Numbered from the stretch's first letter, positions 17,426 to 27,468 are shown. The stretch is DNA of 52,762 nucleotides from an uncultured Erysipelotrichaceae bacterium (GCA_902801825.1 CADCJS010000003.1:1-52762); one strand, 5' to 3'. The notes: generated by a model not told the origin, from the letters alone. Made by a program: numbers and translations.

Positions 17426-19525
17426 ATGTCAATATTTGAATATGAAAAAGAAAAATTAGAAAGTGTTATTTCAAAAGTAAAAAAATTAATTATTTATGAA
17501 AACAAGTTTCTAGAAAAATTAGAGTTTAATGTAAGGCACTCTGATAATCCTATGTATGATTTATACTATAAAAAATTATTTAAAATAAAAAGATTAAATA
17601 ATTCAAAAGATAATCCTTACTTTTCTAGAATTGATTTTAAAAATGAGGATAGTAATGAAATAAAATCATACTATATAGGTAAAACTGGTGTAATGTATGA
17701 AAATGAATTATTAGTAACTGATTGGAGAGCACCAATTAGTTCACTATATTATGATTCTAAAATAGGAAAATGTAGTTATAAATCTATTGATTCAGAATAT
17801 AGTGGAGAATTAAAACTAAAAAGGCAATTTGAAATAGAAGATGGAAAACTAATAAATTACGTAGATGTAGATTTAGTAACAAACGATGTTCTTTTACAAA
17901 AGTATTTAAATTCTAATAATGATGCTAGACTTAAAAGTATTGTTAGTACTATTCAACAAGAACAAAATGAGGTAATTAGAGAAGAAATTAATCATAATAT
18001 TATAATTCAAGGAGTTGCTGGTTCAGGAAAAACAACAGTAGCATTACATAGACTTGCCTTTCTAGCATATAATTATATAAAAACAATTAAAGAAGATGAT
18101 TATTTAGTAATAGGACCTAATCCATTATTCTTAAAATATATAAAGAATGTATTACCAGAATTAGATGTAAATGTTAATAATCAATTTACTATATTTGAGT
18201 TTACTAAAAAGTATTTAGGAAAAAATATAAAACTAAACAAAGAATTAGATGAGATAAGTATAAATAAACAAAAGATAGAGGACTTTAAAGGAAATATAAA
18301 ATTCAAGAAAATGATAGATATCTTTTTTGAAGATTATTGTAATAACTTAATAACAAATGATTTAAAAATAGATAACTTTGTTTTAATAAAGAAAGAAAAT
18401 ATAAATAAAATGTTTATGTCTACTAATAATGAAATAAATAAATCATTAGAAAATAGAATAAATAAAACAAAAGAAAAAATGTTTAATTATATAGAAAAAA
18501 ATAAAGAAAATTTAATAATAGATTTTAATAATTATATAATTGATAAATTAAAAGAAAATGGATCATTAAAAGATAAATATATTACTTTAAATAATGATTT
18601 ATTAAAGAAACCAAAAAAGATTATTAATAATTATAAAATAAAATTTGATACTATTAATATTTATAAATTATTTATAAATAACATTCATAAATATAATATT
18701 TATAATTTTAATAATTTAGATTTATTAAAAGAAGAAACATTAGAAAATATTAATAAAAAATCATTTGATTATACTGATTTACCAATATTATTATATATAG
18801 AAAATTATATAACAAATAAAAAATTATTTTCAAATATTAGACATACTGTAATAGATGAAGCACAAGACATAAATTTATTTGGATTTTATATGATTAAAAA
18901 AATATTAAAAAATTCTACATTTAGTATATTTGGAGATTTAACACAATCTATATATGAATATAGAAGTATAAAATCATGGAATACATTAAATAATTTAATA
19001 TTTAATAACAAATTTAAAATAATTAATTTTAATAAAAGTTATCGTACTACAATTCAAATTATGAATGTTGCAAATAAAGTTAGTGAAAAACTTGGTTTAG
19101 GTAAATCAGAATTAGTTATTAGAAATAATGAAGAAGTAAACTTTAAAAAAGTTGTTTCTGAAAATGAAAAAATAGATTATATTATTCAAATGATTAATCA
19201 TTATAAAACTAAATACAAGAAAATAGCAATTATTTCTAAAACAAAAAAGATGTCTATTAAAATAAATAAAGAATTAATAAAAAGAGGAATAAATATAATA
19301 GAAGTAGATGAAAAAGATGATATAGAAAATATTGATTTAATAACTATTTCAAATAAACTAGCAAAAGGATTAGAATTTGATGCAGTAATTATAAGTGATG
19401 TATCTGAAGATACTTATTCAAGTGATAATAGTCTTGATTTAAAACAATTATATGTAGCTATAACAAGATCACTTCATGAATTAACTATTATATATAATAA
19501 TGAATTAACAAATGTATTATTATAA
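17426..19525 (+). CDS. helD: HelD-type UvrD-like helicase (DNA helicase IV / RNA polymerase recycling factor)
   Basis: N-terminal HelD hallmarks (NPYFSRIDF, YYIGKTGV, LVTDWRAPISSLYYD). Walker A GVAGSGKTTVALHR. VIDEAQD. Confidence 0.8.
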   Translation: MSIFEYEKEKLESVISKVKKLIIYENKFLEKLEFNVRHSDNPMYDLYYKKLFKIKRLNNSKDNPYFSRIDFKNEDSNEIKSYYIGKTGVMYENELLVTDWRAPISSLYYDSKIGKCSYKSIDSEYSGELKLKRQFEIEDGKLINYVDVDLVTNDVLLQKYLNSNNDARLKSIVSTIQQEQNEVIREEINHNIIIQGVAGSGKTTVALHRLAFLAYNYIKTIKEDDYLVIGPNPLFLKYIKNVLPELDVNVNNQFTIFEFTKKYLGKNIKLNKELDEISINKQKIEDFKGNIKFKKMIDIFFEDYCNNLITNDLKIDNFVLIKKENINKMFMSTNNEINKSLENRINKTKEKMFNYIEKNKENLIIDFNNYIIDKLKENGSLKDKYITLNNDLLKKPKKIINNYKIKFDTINIYKLFINNIHKYNIYNFNNLDLLKEETLENINKKSFDYTDLPILLYIENYITNKKLFSNIRHTVIDEAQDINLFGFYMIKKILKNSTFSIFGDLTQSIYEYRSIKSWNTLNNLIFNNKFKIINFNKSYRTTIQIMNVANKVSEKLGLGKSELVIRNNEEVNFKKVVSENEKIDYIIQMINHYKTKYKKIAIISKTKKMSIKINKELIKRGINIIEVDEKDDIENIDLITISNKLAKGLEFDAVIISDVSEDTYSSDNSLDLKQLYVAITRSLHELTIIYNNELTNVLL

Positions 19526-19530
19526 AAAAA

Positions 19531-19560
19531 TTGACATATTATTTTTATTTGTGATAATAT
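19531..19560 (+). promoter_or_regulatory. Sigma-A promoter of the aspS leader
   Basis: TTGACA at 19531-19536 and extended -10 TGATAATAT at 19552-19560. Confidence 0.6.
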
Positions 19561-19561
19561 A

Positions 19562-19800
19562 TTTGTGTAAAAACTTTGATCTGGAAAAGTATTTATTTGA
19601 TTCATAAAAGAGAGTCCTAGATGGTGAGAATGGATTATGATAGAATAAAGAAAGAACACCAAGGAGTTCATCTTCTGAAATAGTAGTAGGTTGATGCGCA
19701 TAATATAGCGTTATATATAAAGTGACCAATTTATTGGTAATTTGGGTGGTACCACGGATTTAACAGTTATTCGTCCCTTTTGGGATTATAACTGTTTTTT
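19562..19800 (+). promoter_or_regulatory. T-box riboswitch leader upstream of aspS-gatCAB; probable AAC (Asn) specifier
   Basis: AGAGAG/GGTGAGA stem I elements. AGTA...GAA S-turn halves. T-box sequence AATTTGGGTGGTACCACGG at 19739-19757. Terminator ACAGTTAT...ATAACTGT plus T-run at 19761-19800. Confidence 0.85.
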
Positions 19801-19814
19801 TATAGGAGGAAAAT

Positions 19815-21563
19815 ATGAAAGAAAAATTTAGAACACATACGTGTAATGACTTAACAATTTCTGATTTAGGAAAAGAAGTAGTACTATCTGGATTTGTAAG
19901 TTCAATAAGAGATCATGGAGGAGTAAAATTTATAGATTTAAGAGATAACTATGGTATTACACAAATAGTTGTACATGATGAAACTATTCTAAAAGGAATA
20001 AGTAAAGAATCTGTTATTAAAGTTGAAGGAAAAGTTATAAAAAGAGATGAAGAAACAATTAATGAAAAACTAAAAACAGGTTTAATAGAATTAGAATTAA
20101 AAAAAATAACTCTTTTATCTAAAGCAAGCTTACTTCCTTTTGAAACAGAAAAAAGTAAAGATGTTAAAGAAGAAGTAAGATTAAAATATAGATATTTAGA
20201 TATGAGAAATAACAAAGTTAATAAAAATATCAAATTAAGAAGTGATGTACTTCATTTTCTTAGAAATAAGATGTATGACTTAGGTTTTACCGAAGTACAG
20301 ACTCCAATTTTAACAGCAAGTTCTCCTGAAGGTGCAAGAGACTTTGTTGTACCTTCAAGATTATATAAAGGTAAGTTTTATGCACTTCCACAAGCACCTC
20401 AAATTTATAAAGAATTACTAATGGTTGGTGGTTTTGATAAATATTTTCAAATCGCACCTTGTTTTAGAGATGAAGATTCTAGAAGTGATAGAACTTTAGA
20501 ATTTTATCAATTAGATTTAGAAATGAGTTATGTAAAAGAAGAAGATATTATAAAAATAGGTGAAGATATATTTTATGATGTATTTACTAAATTTACTGAT
20601 AAAGAAGTAAGCAAAAAACCATTTAGACAAATTACATATAAAGATTCAATGAATTTTTATGGTACAGATAAACCAGATTTAAGAAATCCATTAATTATTA
20701 AAGATGCTTCTGAAGTACTTAAAAATACTAGTTTTAGACCTTTTAGAGATTCTATTATAAAAGTAATTGTAGTAGATAATATAGGTGATAAATCAAATAG
20801 TTGGTTTAATGAAGTAGTTGAATATGCGAATAAGATAGGTATGCCTGGAATAGGTTATATAACTTTAATGGAAGATAATACATTTAAAGGACCAATAGAT
20901 AAATTTTTATCAGATGAAGAAAGAGAAAAACTTATAAAAGAATTTGACATGAAAACAAATTCAGTTATGTTTTTTATAGCAAATAAAAAATTAAAAACCG
21001 CACAAAAATTTTCTGGACTTATTAGAACTTATTTAGGTGAAAAACTTGAATTAATTGATAATAATAAATTAGAATTATGTATTGTTAAAGACTTTCCTAT
21101 GTTTGAATATGATGAAAAGGAAAAGAAATATGATTTTTGTCATAATCCATTTTCTAAACCATGTGAGAAATATAAAGATTATGATAAATTTGATTTAGAA
21201 GATATAATTGCGCATCAATTTGATTTTGTATGTAATGGCTTTGAAATGTCAAGTGGAGCGATTAGAAATACAAATTTAGATTTAATTACTAAAGGATTCG
21301 TGAAAGTTGGTTATAAAAGTGATATAATAGAAAAGAGATTCAGTAGTTTATTTACTGCATTTAAATATGGAGTTCCACCACATGGAGGAATGGCTCCGGG
21401 AATTGATAGAATACTTATGTTAATTTTGGATGAAACAAACTTAAGAGAAGTACAAGCATTCCCACCTAATGCTTCTGGAATAGATCAAATGATGGGATCA
21501 CCTAGTATTTTAGATAGTAAGCAATTAGATGAACTAGGAATTAAAATAGTAGAGGAGGATTAA
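19815..21563 (+). CDS. aspS: Aspartyl-tRNA synthetase (bacterial type; non-discriminating status inferred only from operon context)
   Basis: Class IIb motifs (FRDED, QLDLEMS, GGMAPGIDR). Length 582 aa. Confidence 0.92.
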   Translation: MKEKFRTHTCNDLTISDLGKEVVLSGFVSSIRDHGGVKFIDLRDNYGITQIVVHDETILKGISKESVIKVEGKVIKRDEETINEKLKTGLIELELKKITLLSKASLLPFETEKSKDVKEEVRLKYRYLDMRNNKVNKNIKLRSDVLHFLRNKMYDLGFTEVQTPILTASSPEGARDFVVPSRLYKGKFYALPQAPQIYKELLMVGGFDKYFQIAPCFRDEDSRSDRTLEFYQLDLEMSYVKEEDIIKIGEDIFYDVFTKFTDKEVSKKPFRQITYKDSMNFYGTDKPDLRNPLIIKDASEVLKNTSFRPFRDSIIKVIVVDNIGDKSNSWFNEVVEYANKIGMPGIGYITLMEDNTFKGPIDKFLSDEEREKLIKEFDMKTNSVMFFIANKKLKTAQKFSGLIRTYLGEKLELIDNNKLELCIVKDFPMFEYDEKEKKYDFCHNPFSKPCEKYKDYDKFDLEDIIAHQFDFVCNGFEMSSGAIRNTNLDLITKGFVKVGYKSDIIEKRFSSLFTAFKYGVPPHGGMAPGIDRILMLILDETNLREVQAFPPNASGIDQMMGSPSILDSKQLDELGIKIVEED

Positions 21564-21564
21564 T

Positions 21565-21867
21565 ATGAATAACAAATTCACAAAAGAAATGGTAGATGAT
21601 TATGCAGATAAATTATTAATAGGTTTAACTGAAGAAGAAAACAAAATGGTATTAGATGAATTTGAAATAATAGATAAACAAATAAATATTATTAATGAAA
21701 TCCCAGGTATAGAAAATGTTGAACCTATGACTCATACATTAGATGATTTTTCTTATGAACTTAGAGAAGATGTAGCAGAAGAATCAGTACCTATAGAAGA
21801 ATTACTTCAAAATTGTAAAGATAGTACTGCAAGAGAAGTACAAGTACCAAAGGTGGTGGGTGAATAA
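21565..21867 (+). CDS. gatC: Asp/Glu-tRNA amidotransferase subunit C
   Basis: 100-aa protein in the conserved gatCAB order. Typical C-terminal REDV...S pattern. Confidence 0.85.
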   Translation: MNNKFTKEMVDDYADKLLIGLTEEENKMVLDEFEIIDKQINIINEIPGIENVEPMTHTLDDFSYELREDVAEESVPIEELLQNCKDSTAREVQVPKVVGE

Positions 21868-23324
21868 TGAAATACATGAATAAATCATTAGAAGAACTTC
21901 ATGAAATGTTAGTTAATAAGGAAGTCACTTCAAAAGAATTAATTGAAGAATCATTAAAATTATCTCATGAAGTACAAGATAAATATAATGCCTTTGTCAC
22001 AATACTAGATGATGCGAAAGAAACTGAAATAACTGATAACATTTTATCTGGTATTCCTTGTGGTATTAAAGATAATTATTCTACAAAAGGAGTATTATCT
22101 ACAGGAAGTAGTAATACTTTGAAAGACTATATACCATTCTTTGATGCAACTGCATATTCAAATTTAAAAAATGCAGGTGCAATAATGGTTAATAAAACTG
22201 TAATGGATGAATTTGGAATGGGTGGAACAGGAACAACTGGTCATACTGGAAAAGTACTTAATCCTTGGGATAAAACAAGAATGTGTGCTGGATCATCTGC
22301 TGGTTCAGCTTGTGCAGTTGCTGCTGGTGTATATCCTTATGCAACTGGATCAGATACTGGTGATTCAATTAGAAAACCAGCTGCATATTGTGGAATAGTA
22401 GGTTATAAACCAACATATGGTATGATTTCAAGATATGGTTTATTCCCATTCGCATCATCTTTAGATCATTTAGGAGTACTTACAAGAAATGTAAAAGATG
22501 CAGCTATTGTAGTTGATGAGATGAAGGGTATTGATAAAAATGATATGACTACTTGGGATTCTAGTAATATTCATTTAAAAGATTCATTAACAAATAATGT
22601 AAAAGGTAAAAAATTATGTTATATAAAAGAAATATGTGATATTAATGAATATGATAATCCAAGTGAAGAATTAAAAATGCATTTTGATAATTTCTTTAAA
22701 GCTATCGATAAATGTAAAGAATTAGGAATGGAAGTAGAAGAAGTATCTGTTGATAAAACATTATTAAATGCACTTGCATCAGTATATGTAGTTATATCTT
22801 GTGCTGAAGCTACTAGTAATATGTCAAATTTAACTGGAACAATATTTGGACCAAGGGGAGAAGGAAAAGATTGGTTTATGCAAGTTAAAGATTATAGAAC
22901 AAAAGGTTTTTCTCCTTTAATTAAGAGAAGATTTGTTATTGGTTCATATGTCTTACAAGCTAAAAACCAAGAAAGATATTTTAGAAATGCTCAAAGAGTA
23001 AGAAGATTATTAGTTGATGCTTGGAAAGATTTATTTAAAAAATATGATGCAGTTATATTACCAGTCAGTTCTGGTCCTGCTAAGAAATTTGATGAAGATA
23101 AAGAAATATTAACAAAAGAAACAATTATTCTTGAAGAACATTTACAAATAGGTAATTTTGGAGGGTTCCCTTCAATTACAATTCCTGATGGATTTATTAA
23201 CAACTTACCAGTAGCACTTAATATAACTGGAAATTGTTATGATGATGAAAATGTTCTTAATATTGCTTATGCATTAGAAAATAGTATGGAATATAAAAAT
23301 CAAATTGCAAAGGAGGTTGAATAA
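21867..23324 (+). CDS. gatA: Asp/Glu-tRNA amidotransferase subunit A (amidase signature)
   Basis: Amidase signature GGSSAGSACAVAAG...GSDTGDSIRKPA. Start ATG overlaps the gatC stop (TAATG). Confidence 0.92.
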   Translation: MKYMNKSLEELHEMLVNKEVTSKELIEESLKLSHEVQDKYNAFVTILDDAKETEITDNILSGIPCGIKDNYSTKGVLSTGSSNTLKDYIPFFDATAYSNLKNAGAIMVNKTVMDEFGMGGTGTTGHTGKVLNPWDKTRMCAGSSAGSACAVAAGVYPYATGSDTGDSIRKPAAYCGIVGYKPTYGMISRYGLFPFASSLDHLGVLTRNVKDAAIVVDEMKGIDKNDMTTWDSSNIHLKDSLTNNVKGKKLCYIKEICDINEYDNPSEELKMHFDNFFKAIDKCKELGMEVEEVSVDKTLLNALASVYVVISCAEATSNMSNLTGTIFGPRGEGKDWFMQVKDYRTKGFSPLIKRRFVIGSYVLQAKNQERYFRNAQRVRRLLVDAWKDLFKKYDAVILPVSSGPAKKFDEDKEILTKETIILEEHLQIGNFGGFPSITIPDGFINNLPVALNITGNCYDDENVLNIAYALENSMEYKNQIAKEVE

Positions 23325-23325
23325 T

Positions 23326-24792
23326 ATGGCTTATAAAGCAATGATAGGTCTAGAAATGCACTGTGAATTTAGTGAAACAAATTCAAAAGTATTTTCTAGT
23401 GCTAGAAACTCTTATTCAGTAACTCCTAATGAAAATATTGTGCCCTATGATATGGGATTTCCTGGAGTTCTTCCTGTTGTTAATAAAAAAGCAGTTGAAT
23501 ATGCTTTAATGGCATCTTTAGCAACTAATTGTAAACAACCAGAATATATGTATTTTGAAAGAAAAAATTATTATTATCCAGATATGCCTAAAAATTATCA
23601 AATAACTCAAGAAACAAAACCTATTCCAGTTGGTATATACGGTTATGTAGATTATGAATGTAATGGTGAAGAAAAAAGAGTTAGAATTAATAATATTCAC
23701 TTAGAAGAAGATGCCGCATCATCTGATCACTTATATGATACTACAGTAATTGATTATAATAGAGCGGGTAATCCTTTATTAGAATTAGTAACAGAACCAG
23801 ATTTTAGAAATGGTGAAGAAGCAGAAAGTTTCTTAGAACATATGAGAAGTGTATATCAATATTTAGGAGTATCAGAATGTGATACTAAAAAAGGTCACAT
23901 TAGATGTGATGTAAATGTATCAATTATAGATGAATCACTTGATGAAGAAGATCCATCAAACTGGGGAACAAAAGTTGAAATGAAAAATGTTAATTCATTT
24001 GGTGGAGTAAGAGAATGTATTAAATATGAAATAAAAAGACAAATAAAAGCAAAAGAAAATGGTACTTATGATACTGAAGTAGTTCAAGAAACTCGCAGAT
24101 GGGATGAAGAAACAGGAACTACTATCTCAATGAGAAGTAAAGTAGATGCGGTTGATTACAAATATTTTGTAGAACCTAATATACCTAAATACAAGATAAC
24201 TAAAGAATGGTTAGAACAAATAAGATCTTCTATACCAGAATTTGCTTATGATCGTAAAAAAAGATATATTAACGAATACGGATTAAGCGAATATGATGCA
24301 ACAATTTTAGTTAAAGAAAAGAAAAATAGTGATTTCTTTGAAGAAACAGTTAAATTAGGTACAAATCCAAAAGAAGCATGTAATTGGATAAATGGAATGT
24401 TATTATCATATTTAAATACTAATATGATTACGATAGATGATATATTTATGACTCCAGATATGCTTCGTGATTTAATAAAAATGATAGATGAAAAAACAAT
24501 ATCTTCTAAACAAGGAAAAGATGTATTTACTAAGTGTCTTGAACAAAAGAAAGAACCAGAAAAGATAGTTAAAGATGAAGGTATGATGCAAATAACTGAT
24601 GAAAATAAAATTGAAGAAATTGTTAATGAAGTATTAAGTGAAAATAGTGAGCAAGCTAAAGATTATGACCCAAGTAATCCTAAAGCACTTGATTATTTTA
24701 TAGGTCAAATAATGAAAAAAACCAGAGGAAAAGCTAATCCTTCTATCGCTAGTAAAATAATGAAAGAAAAACTTGATAATATGAATAAATAA
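23326..24792 (+). CDS. gatB: Asp/Glu-tRNA amidotransferase subunit B
   Basis: IGLEMHCE N-terminus, DYNRAGNPLLELVTEPD, C-terminal GatB_Yqey tail. SD AAGGAGG before ATG 23326. Confidence 0.92.
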   Translation: MAYKAMIGLEMHCEFSETNSKVFSSARNSYSVTPNENIVPYDMGFPGVLPVVNKKAVEYALMASLATNCKQPEYMYFERKNYYYPDMPKNYQITQETKPIPVGIYGYVDYECNGEEKRVRINNIHLEEDAASSDHLYDTTVIDYNRAGNPLLELVTEPDFRNGEEAESFLEHMRSVYQYLGVSECDTKKGHIRCDVNVSIIDESLDEEDPSNWGTKVEMKNVNSFGGVRECIKYEIKRQIKAKENGTYDTEVVQETRRWDEETGTTISMRSKVDAVDYKYFVEPNIPKYKITKEWLEQIRSSIPEFAYDRKKRYINEYGLSEYDATILVKEKKNSDFFEETVKLGTNPKEACNWINGMLLSYLNTNMITIDDIFMTPDMLRDLIKMIDEKTISSKQGKDVFTKCLEQKKEPEKIVKDEGMMQITDENKIEEIVNEVLSENSEQAKDYDPSNPKALDYFIGQIMKKTRGKANPSIASKIMKEKLDNMNK

Positions 24793-24816
24793 GTCTAGAT
24801 AATTCTAGACTTATTT
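24791..24816 (+). terminator. Intrinsic terminator after gatB
   Basis: 9-bp stem AAGTCTAGA/TCTAGACTT. TGTTATAAT follows at 24816-24824. Confidence 0.6.
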
Positions 24817-24849
24817 GTTATAATTCTCTTATAGAAAGTGGTAATAACA

Positions 24850-25827
24850 ATGAAAAAGAATCAAAAAGATTATGATGTAGAAATATTATTAAAACAAAAT
24901 AAAAGGTTACGTTTGGCTTTAGAAATAATTGTATTATTTTTAATACTAGTAATAATTGGTTTATTCTATTATAAAAAGAATATTATACAATCTACATTTG
25001 AATTAAATGGTGATGAATCTGTAACAATAAACTTTGGAGAAAAATATGAAGAAAAAGGATTTAAAGCTGTAATATATGATAAAGATGCGAAAAAGAATGT
25101 TATAGTAACATCTAATTTAAATACTGATAAAGTAGGAAAGTATGAAATAAAATATAGATTATATAATAAATATTTAAATGTAGATAAAGAATTAATAAGA
25201 AAAGTAAATGTAGTAGATGTAATTCCTCCTGAATTAACAGTAGAATCTGAAGATAATATATATTTATTTGAGGGAGAAGAATTTGTAAAACCTGTCTATC
25301 ACGCTAATGATAATTATGATAAAGACATTACTGATAAAGTCAAAGTAGATTCTAATGTAGATACAAATAAAGTAGGAGATTATGTATTAAAGTATATTGT
25401 AAAAGATTCTTCTGATAATGAAACAACTAAAGAGATTAATGTACATGTTCAAGAAAAAAGAAAGAATGCAAAAGTAGTTGTTTCTATTTTAAATCAAACT
25501 TTAAATTATTATGAAAAAGGTCAAGTAGTTTTATCTTCACCAGTAGTAACAGGATTAAATAATGCTACACCAAAAGGTACTTATAAAATATTAAGTAAAT
25601 CTAGAAATGTAACTTTAGTTGGAGAAAACTATGAGAGTCATGTTAGATATTGGATGCCATTTATAGGTAGAAGTTATGGACTTCATGATGCATCTTGGAG
25701 AAGTAATTTTGGAGGACAAATTTATAAAACAAATGGAAGTCATGGTTGTGTAAACTTACCAACAAATAAAGCTGCACAATTATATGATTTAATAGAAGTA
25801 GGAACTCCAGTAATAATTACAGATTAA
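24850..25827 (+). CDS. Membrane-anchored L,D-transpeptidase (YkuD domain) with Ig-like spacer domains
   Basis: C-terminal YkuD catalytic motif GLHDASWR...GSHGCVNLP. N-terminal TM segment. Two similar approximately 65-aa modules (NxDKVGKYEIKY / NTNKVGDYVLKY). Confidence 0.85.
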   Translation: MKKNQKDYDVEILLKQNKRLRLALEIIVLFLILVIIGLFYYKKNIIQSTFELNGDESVTINFGEKYEEKGFKAVIYDKDAKKNVIVTSNLNTDKVGKYEIKYRLYNKYLNVDKELIRKVNVVDVIPPELTVESEDNIYLFEGEEFVKPVYHANDNYDKDITDKVKVDSNVDTNKVGDYVLKYIVKDSSDNETTKEINVHVQEKRKNAKVVVSILNQTLNYYEKGQVVLSSPVVTGLNNATPKGTYKILSKSRNVTLVGENYESHVRYWMPFIGRSYGLHDASWRSNFGGQIYKTNGSHGCVNLPTNKAAQLYDLIEVGTPVIITD

Positions 25828-25855
25828 AAGAACTTGCATAACGCAAGTTCTTTAT
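25828..25855 (+). terminator. Hairpin terminator after the L,D-transpeptidase gene
   Basis: 10-bp stem AAGAACTTGC/GCAAGTTCTT with a 5-nt loop. The T-run is weak. Confidence 0.55.
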
Positions 25856-25904
25856 CTTATATAAAAAAACATTTTAATACAAACTTAAGTTTGTTATAAT
25901 CAAT

Positions 25905-26103
25905 TTGAAACATTTAGTTGTTGAGTGTCTACCTCTAATCTTTATACAGAGGAGGTTTGAGAGAATTGAAAAACGTGAATACAACATAAAGTTGCTTCGT
26001 TACATATCACTCATTTTACTACTCATAACCTTATTTTTTATTGTATGAAGTTTTCTTCATCTATATACATAATGTCATAAAAACTTGCGTAATGCAAGTT
26101 TTT
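25905..26103 (+). ncRNA. Candidate orphan small transcript (promoter TGTTATAAT at about 25893-25901 to the hairpin at 26079-26103)
   Basis: No ORF longer than 10 codons on either strand. Bounded by an extended -10 element and a 10-bp-stem hairpin AAAAACTTGC/GCAAGTTTTT. No + strand gene lies downstream. Confidence 0.25.
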
Positions 26104-26218
26104 AAAGTATTCAATTGAACAAATGTCCAAATAATTCTTTATATTGGTGCCCAAGTGGTGGTAGTATAACAACCAATGAGCCAAATTAATAGCAAGTAAT
26201 AAACTTACTAATTGATAT

Positions 26219-26797
26219 TTACAAAGTTTTTGTATTTTCTAGATTTTGTTCTTTAAGTAATTCTAATTTTGAATATACATCATACATAACAACACTAGCT
26301 GCAGTTGAAACATTAATTGAATTTGCCATACCTAATAAAGGTAATTGAATACTGCAATCCGCTAAATCTAATAAATCTTGTGATACACCATCATATTCTC
26401 GTCCTAATATTAAACATACTGGTCCATCAGGATTAAATTCTCTATAATCTATACTATCATTAGTTACTTCAACCGCTACTATTTTAACGCCAGATTGTTT
26501 TAATGCTTTAGCAACTAAAACTGGATTTTCATGATATTCCCATGGAACCCATTTTTCTGCACCTCTTGAACTTGATTTTATTTTTCTATTAGGTGGAACG
26601 ATTGTATTACCACATATATATACTTTTTTTGCAAGTAATGAATCCGATAATCTTAAAATTGTTCCAATGTTATGAGCACATTTCAAACTATCTAAAATTA
26701 CATAAATATCATTTCTCTCAATATTTTTAAATTCTTCTCTTAAATTTTTTTCTTTTCTTAATTCCTCTTTCGTTAATTGATATGTCATATTAGTCAA
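26219..26797 (-). CDS. SpoU/TrmH-family RNA 2'-O-methyltransferase
   Basis: Motifs NIGTILRLSDS, LILGREYDGVS and LGMANSINVSTAASVVMY. SD AAGGAG. Confidence 0.8.
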   Translation of the reverse strand: MTNMTYQLTKEELRKEKNLREEFKNIERNDIYVILDSLKCAHNIGTILRLSDSLLAKKVYICGNTIVPPNRKIKSSSRGAEKWVPWEYHENPVLVAKALKQSGVKIVAVEVTNDSIDYREFNPDGPVCLILGREYDGVSQDLLDLADCSIQLPLLGMANSINVSTAASVVMYDVYSKLELLKEQNLENTKTL

Positions 26798-27468
26798 CTC
26801 CTTTTTATATTTCTTAATATTTTTTTAAATTCTTCATTTTCTACTGGCAATCCAAGCATAATTCTATAATCAATGTTATTATTTTTAAATTGATTTTCCT
26901 CATAATTTATATTTAATGTTTTACAAGTTTGCTCAGTCGGTGAAGTAAATTTTGCATCTTTATCATAGTAATTATTATAAAGTAAATTTTTTAAAATATT
27001 TACACAATTATTATAATCAATTGTATTATTTTTTTCAAATATATAATTTAACAATTGAAAATTACTATTGTAAAATGCCTGATATTCATGTAAAGGCAAA
27101 ATTGAAGAATAAAAACAATTTTTATTATTTAAACTTTTTTCCAATAGTTGTACTTCTGGTATGTCATATTTTTTTAGTCTATCGACTACTTTATTTTGAT
27201 ATACGTGTATCAATTCATGTAATACATAACTATACATCTTTATACAATTATAGTTATATATATTACTTTGAAGTATATCATTACAAAATACTATTTTCTT
27301 ACAATTCAAATCATAAAATGAATAATAAATCTCATTTGTATTTTTTAATTCAATATCATCGATATAATTATTTAATTTAAGAACATTAATAAGATCTACT
27401 ATTAAATAATAATATTTGTTAATATTATCATAATTACTATAATACTTATCAAAAATTTCATAAATCAT
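26794..27468 (-). CDS. Hypothetical protein with an HEXXH zinc-metallopeptidase-like motif
   Basis: VLHELIHVYQN. Its stop overlaps the TrmH-like start (ATGA). No obvious SD. Confidence 0.55.
   Translation of the reverse strand: MIYEIFDKYYSNYDNINKYYYLIVDLINVLKLNNYIDDIELKNTNEIYYSFYDLNCKKIVFCNDILQSNIYNYNCIKMYSYVLHELIHVYQNKVVDRLKKYDIPEVQLLEKSLNNKNCFYSSILPLHEYQAFYNSNFQLLNYIFEKNNTIDYNNCVNILKNLLYNNYYDKDAKFTSPTEQTCKTLNINYEENQFKNNNIDYRIMLGLPVENEEFKKILRNIKRS

Noticed and set aside
19474-19729. Two minus-strand ORFs (75 and 69 aa) between helD and aspS, and similarly 28443-28667 upstream of pheS
   Set aside because: They lie antisense to well-formed T-box leaders and lack an SD.
25951-25990. Mini-ORF (7-10 codons, TTG start) after GAGGAGG in the orphan transcript region
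   Set aside because: It is too short and the SD spacing is poor for the first TTG. It is retained only as part of the ncRNA candidate description.
26143-26180. tRNA-like fragment (GCCCAAGTGGTGGTAG resembles a type II tRNA D-arm)
   Set aside because: No acceptor stem, anticodon arm or T-arm can be built. It is probably chance, or at most a tiny relic.
26952-27380. 142-aa + strand ORF
   Set aside because: It is antisense to the 224-aa HEXXH ORF, has a low-complexity Tyr/Asn/Leu composition and no SD. The minus-strand ORF is coupled by ATGA overlap to the TrmH-like gene.
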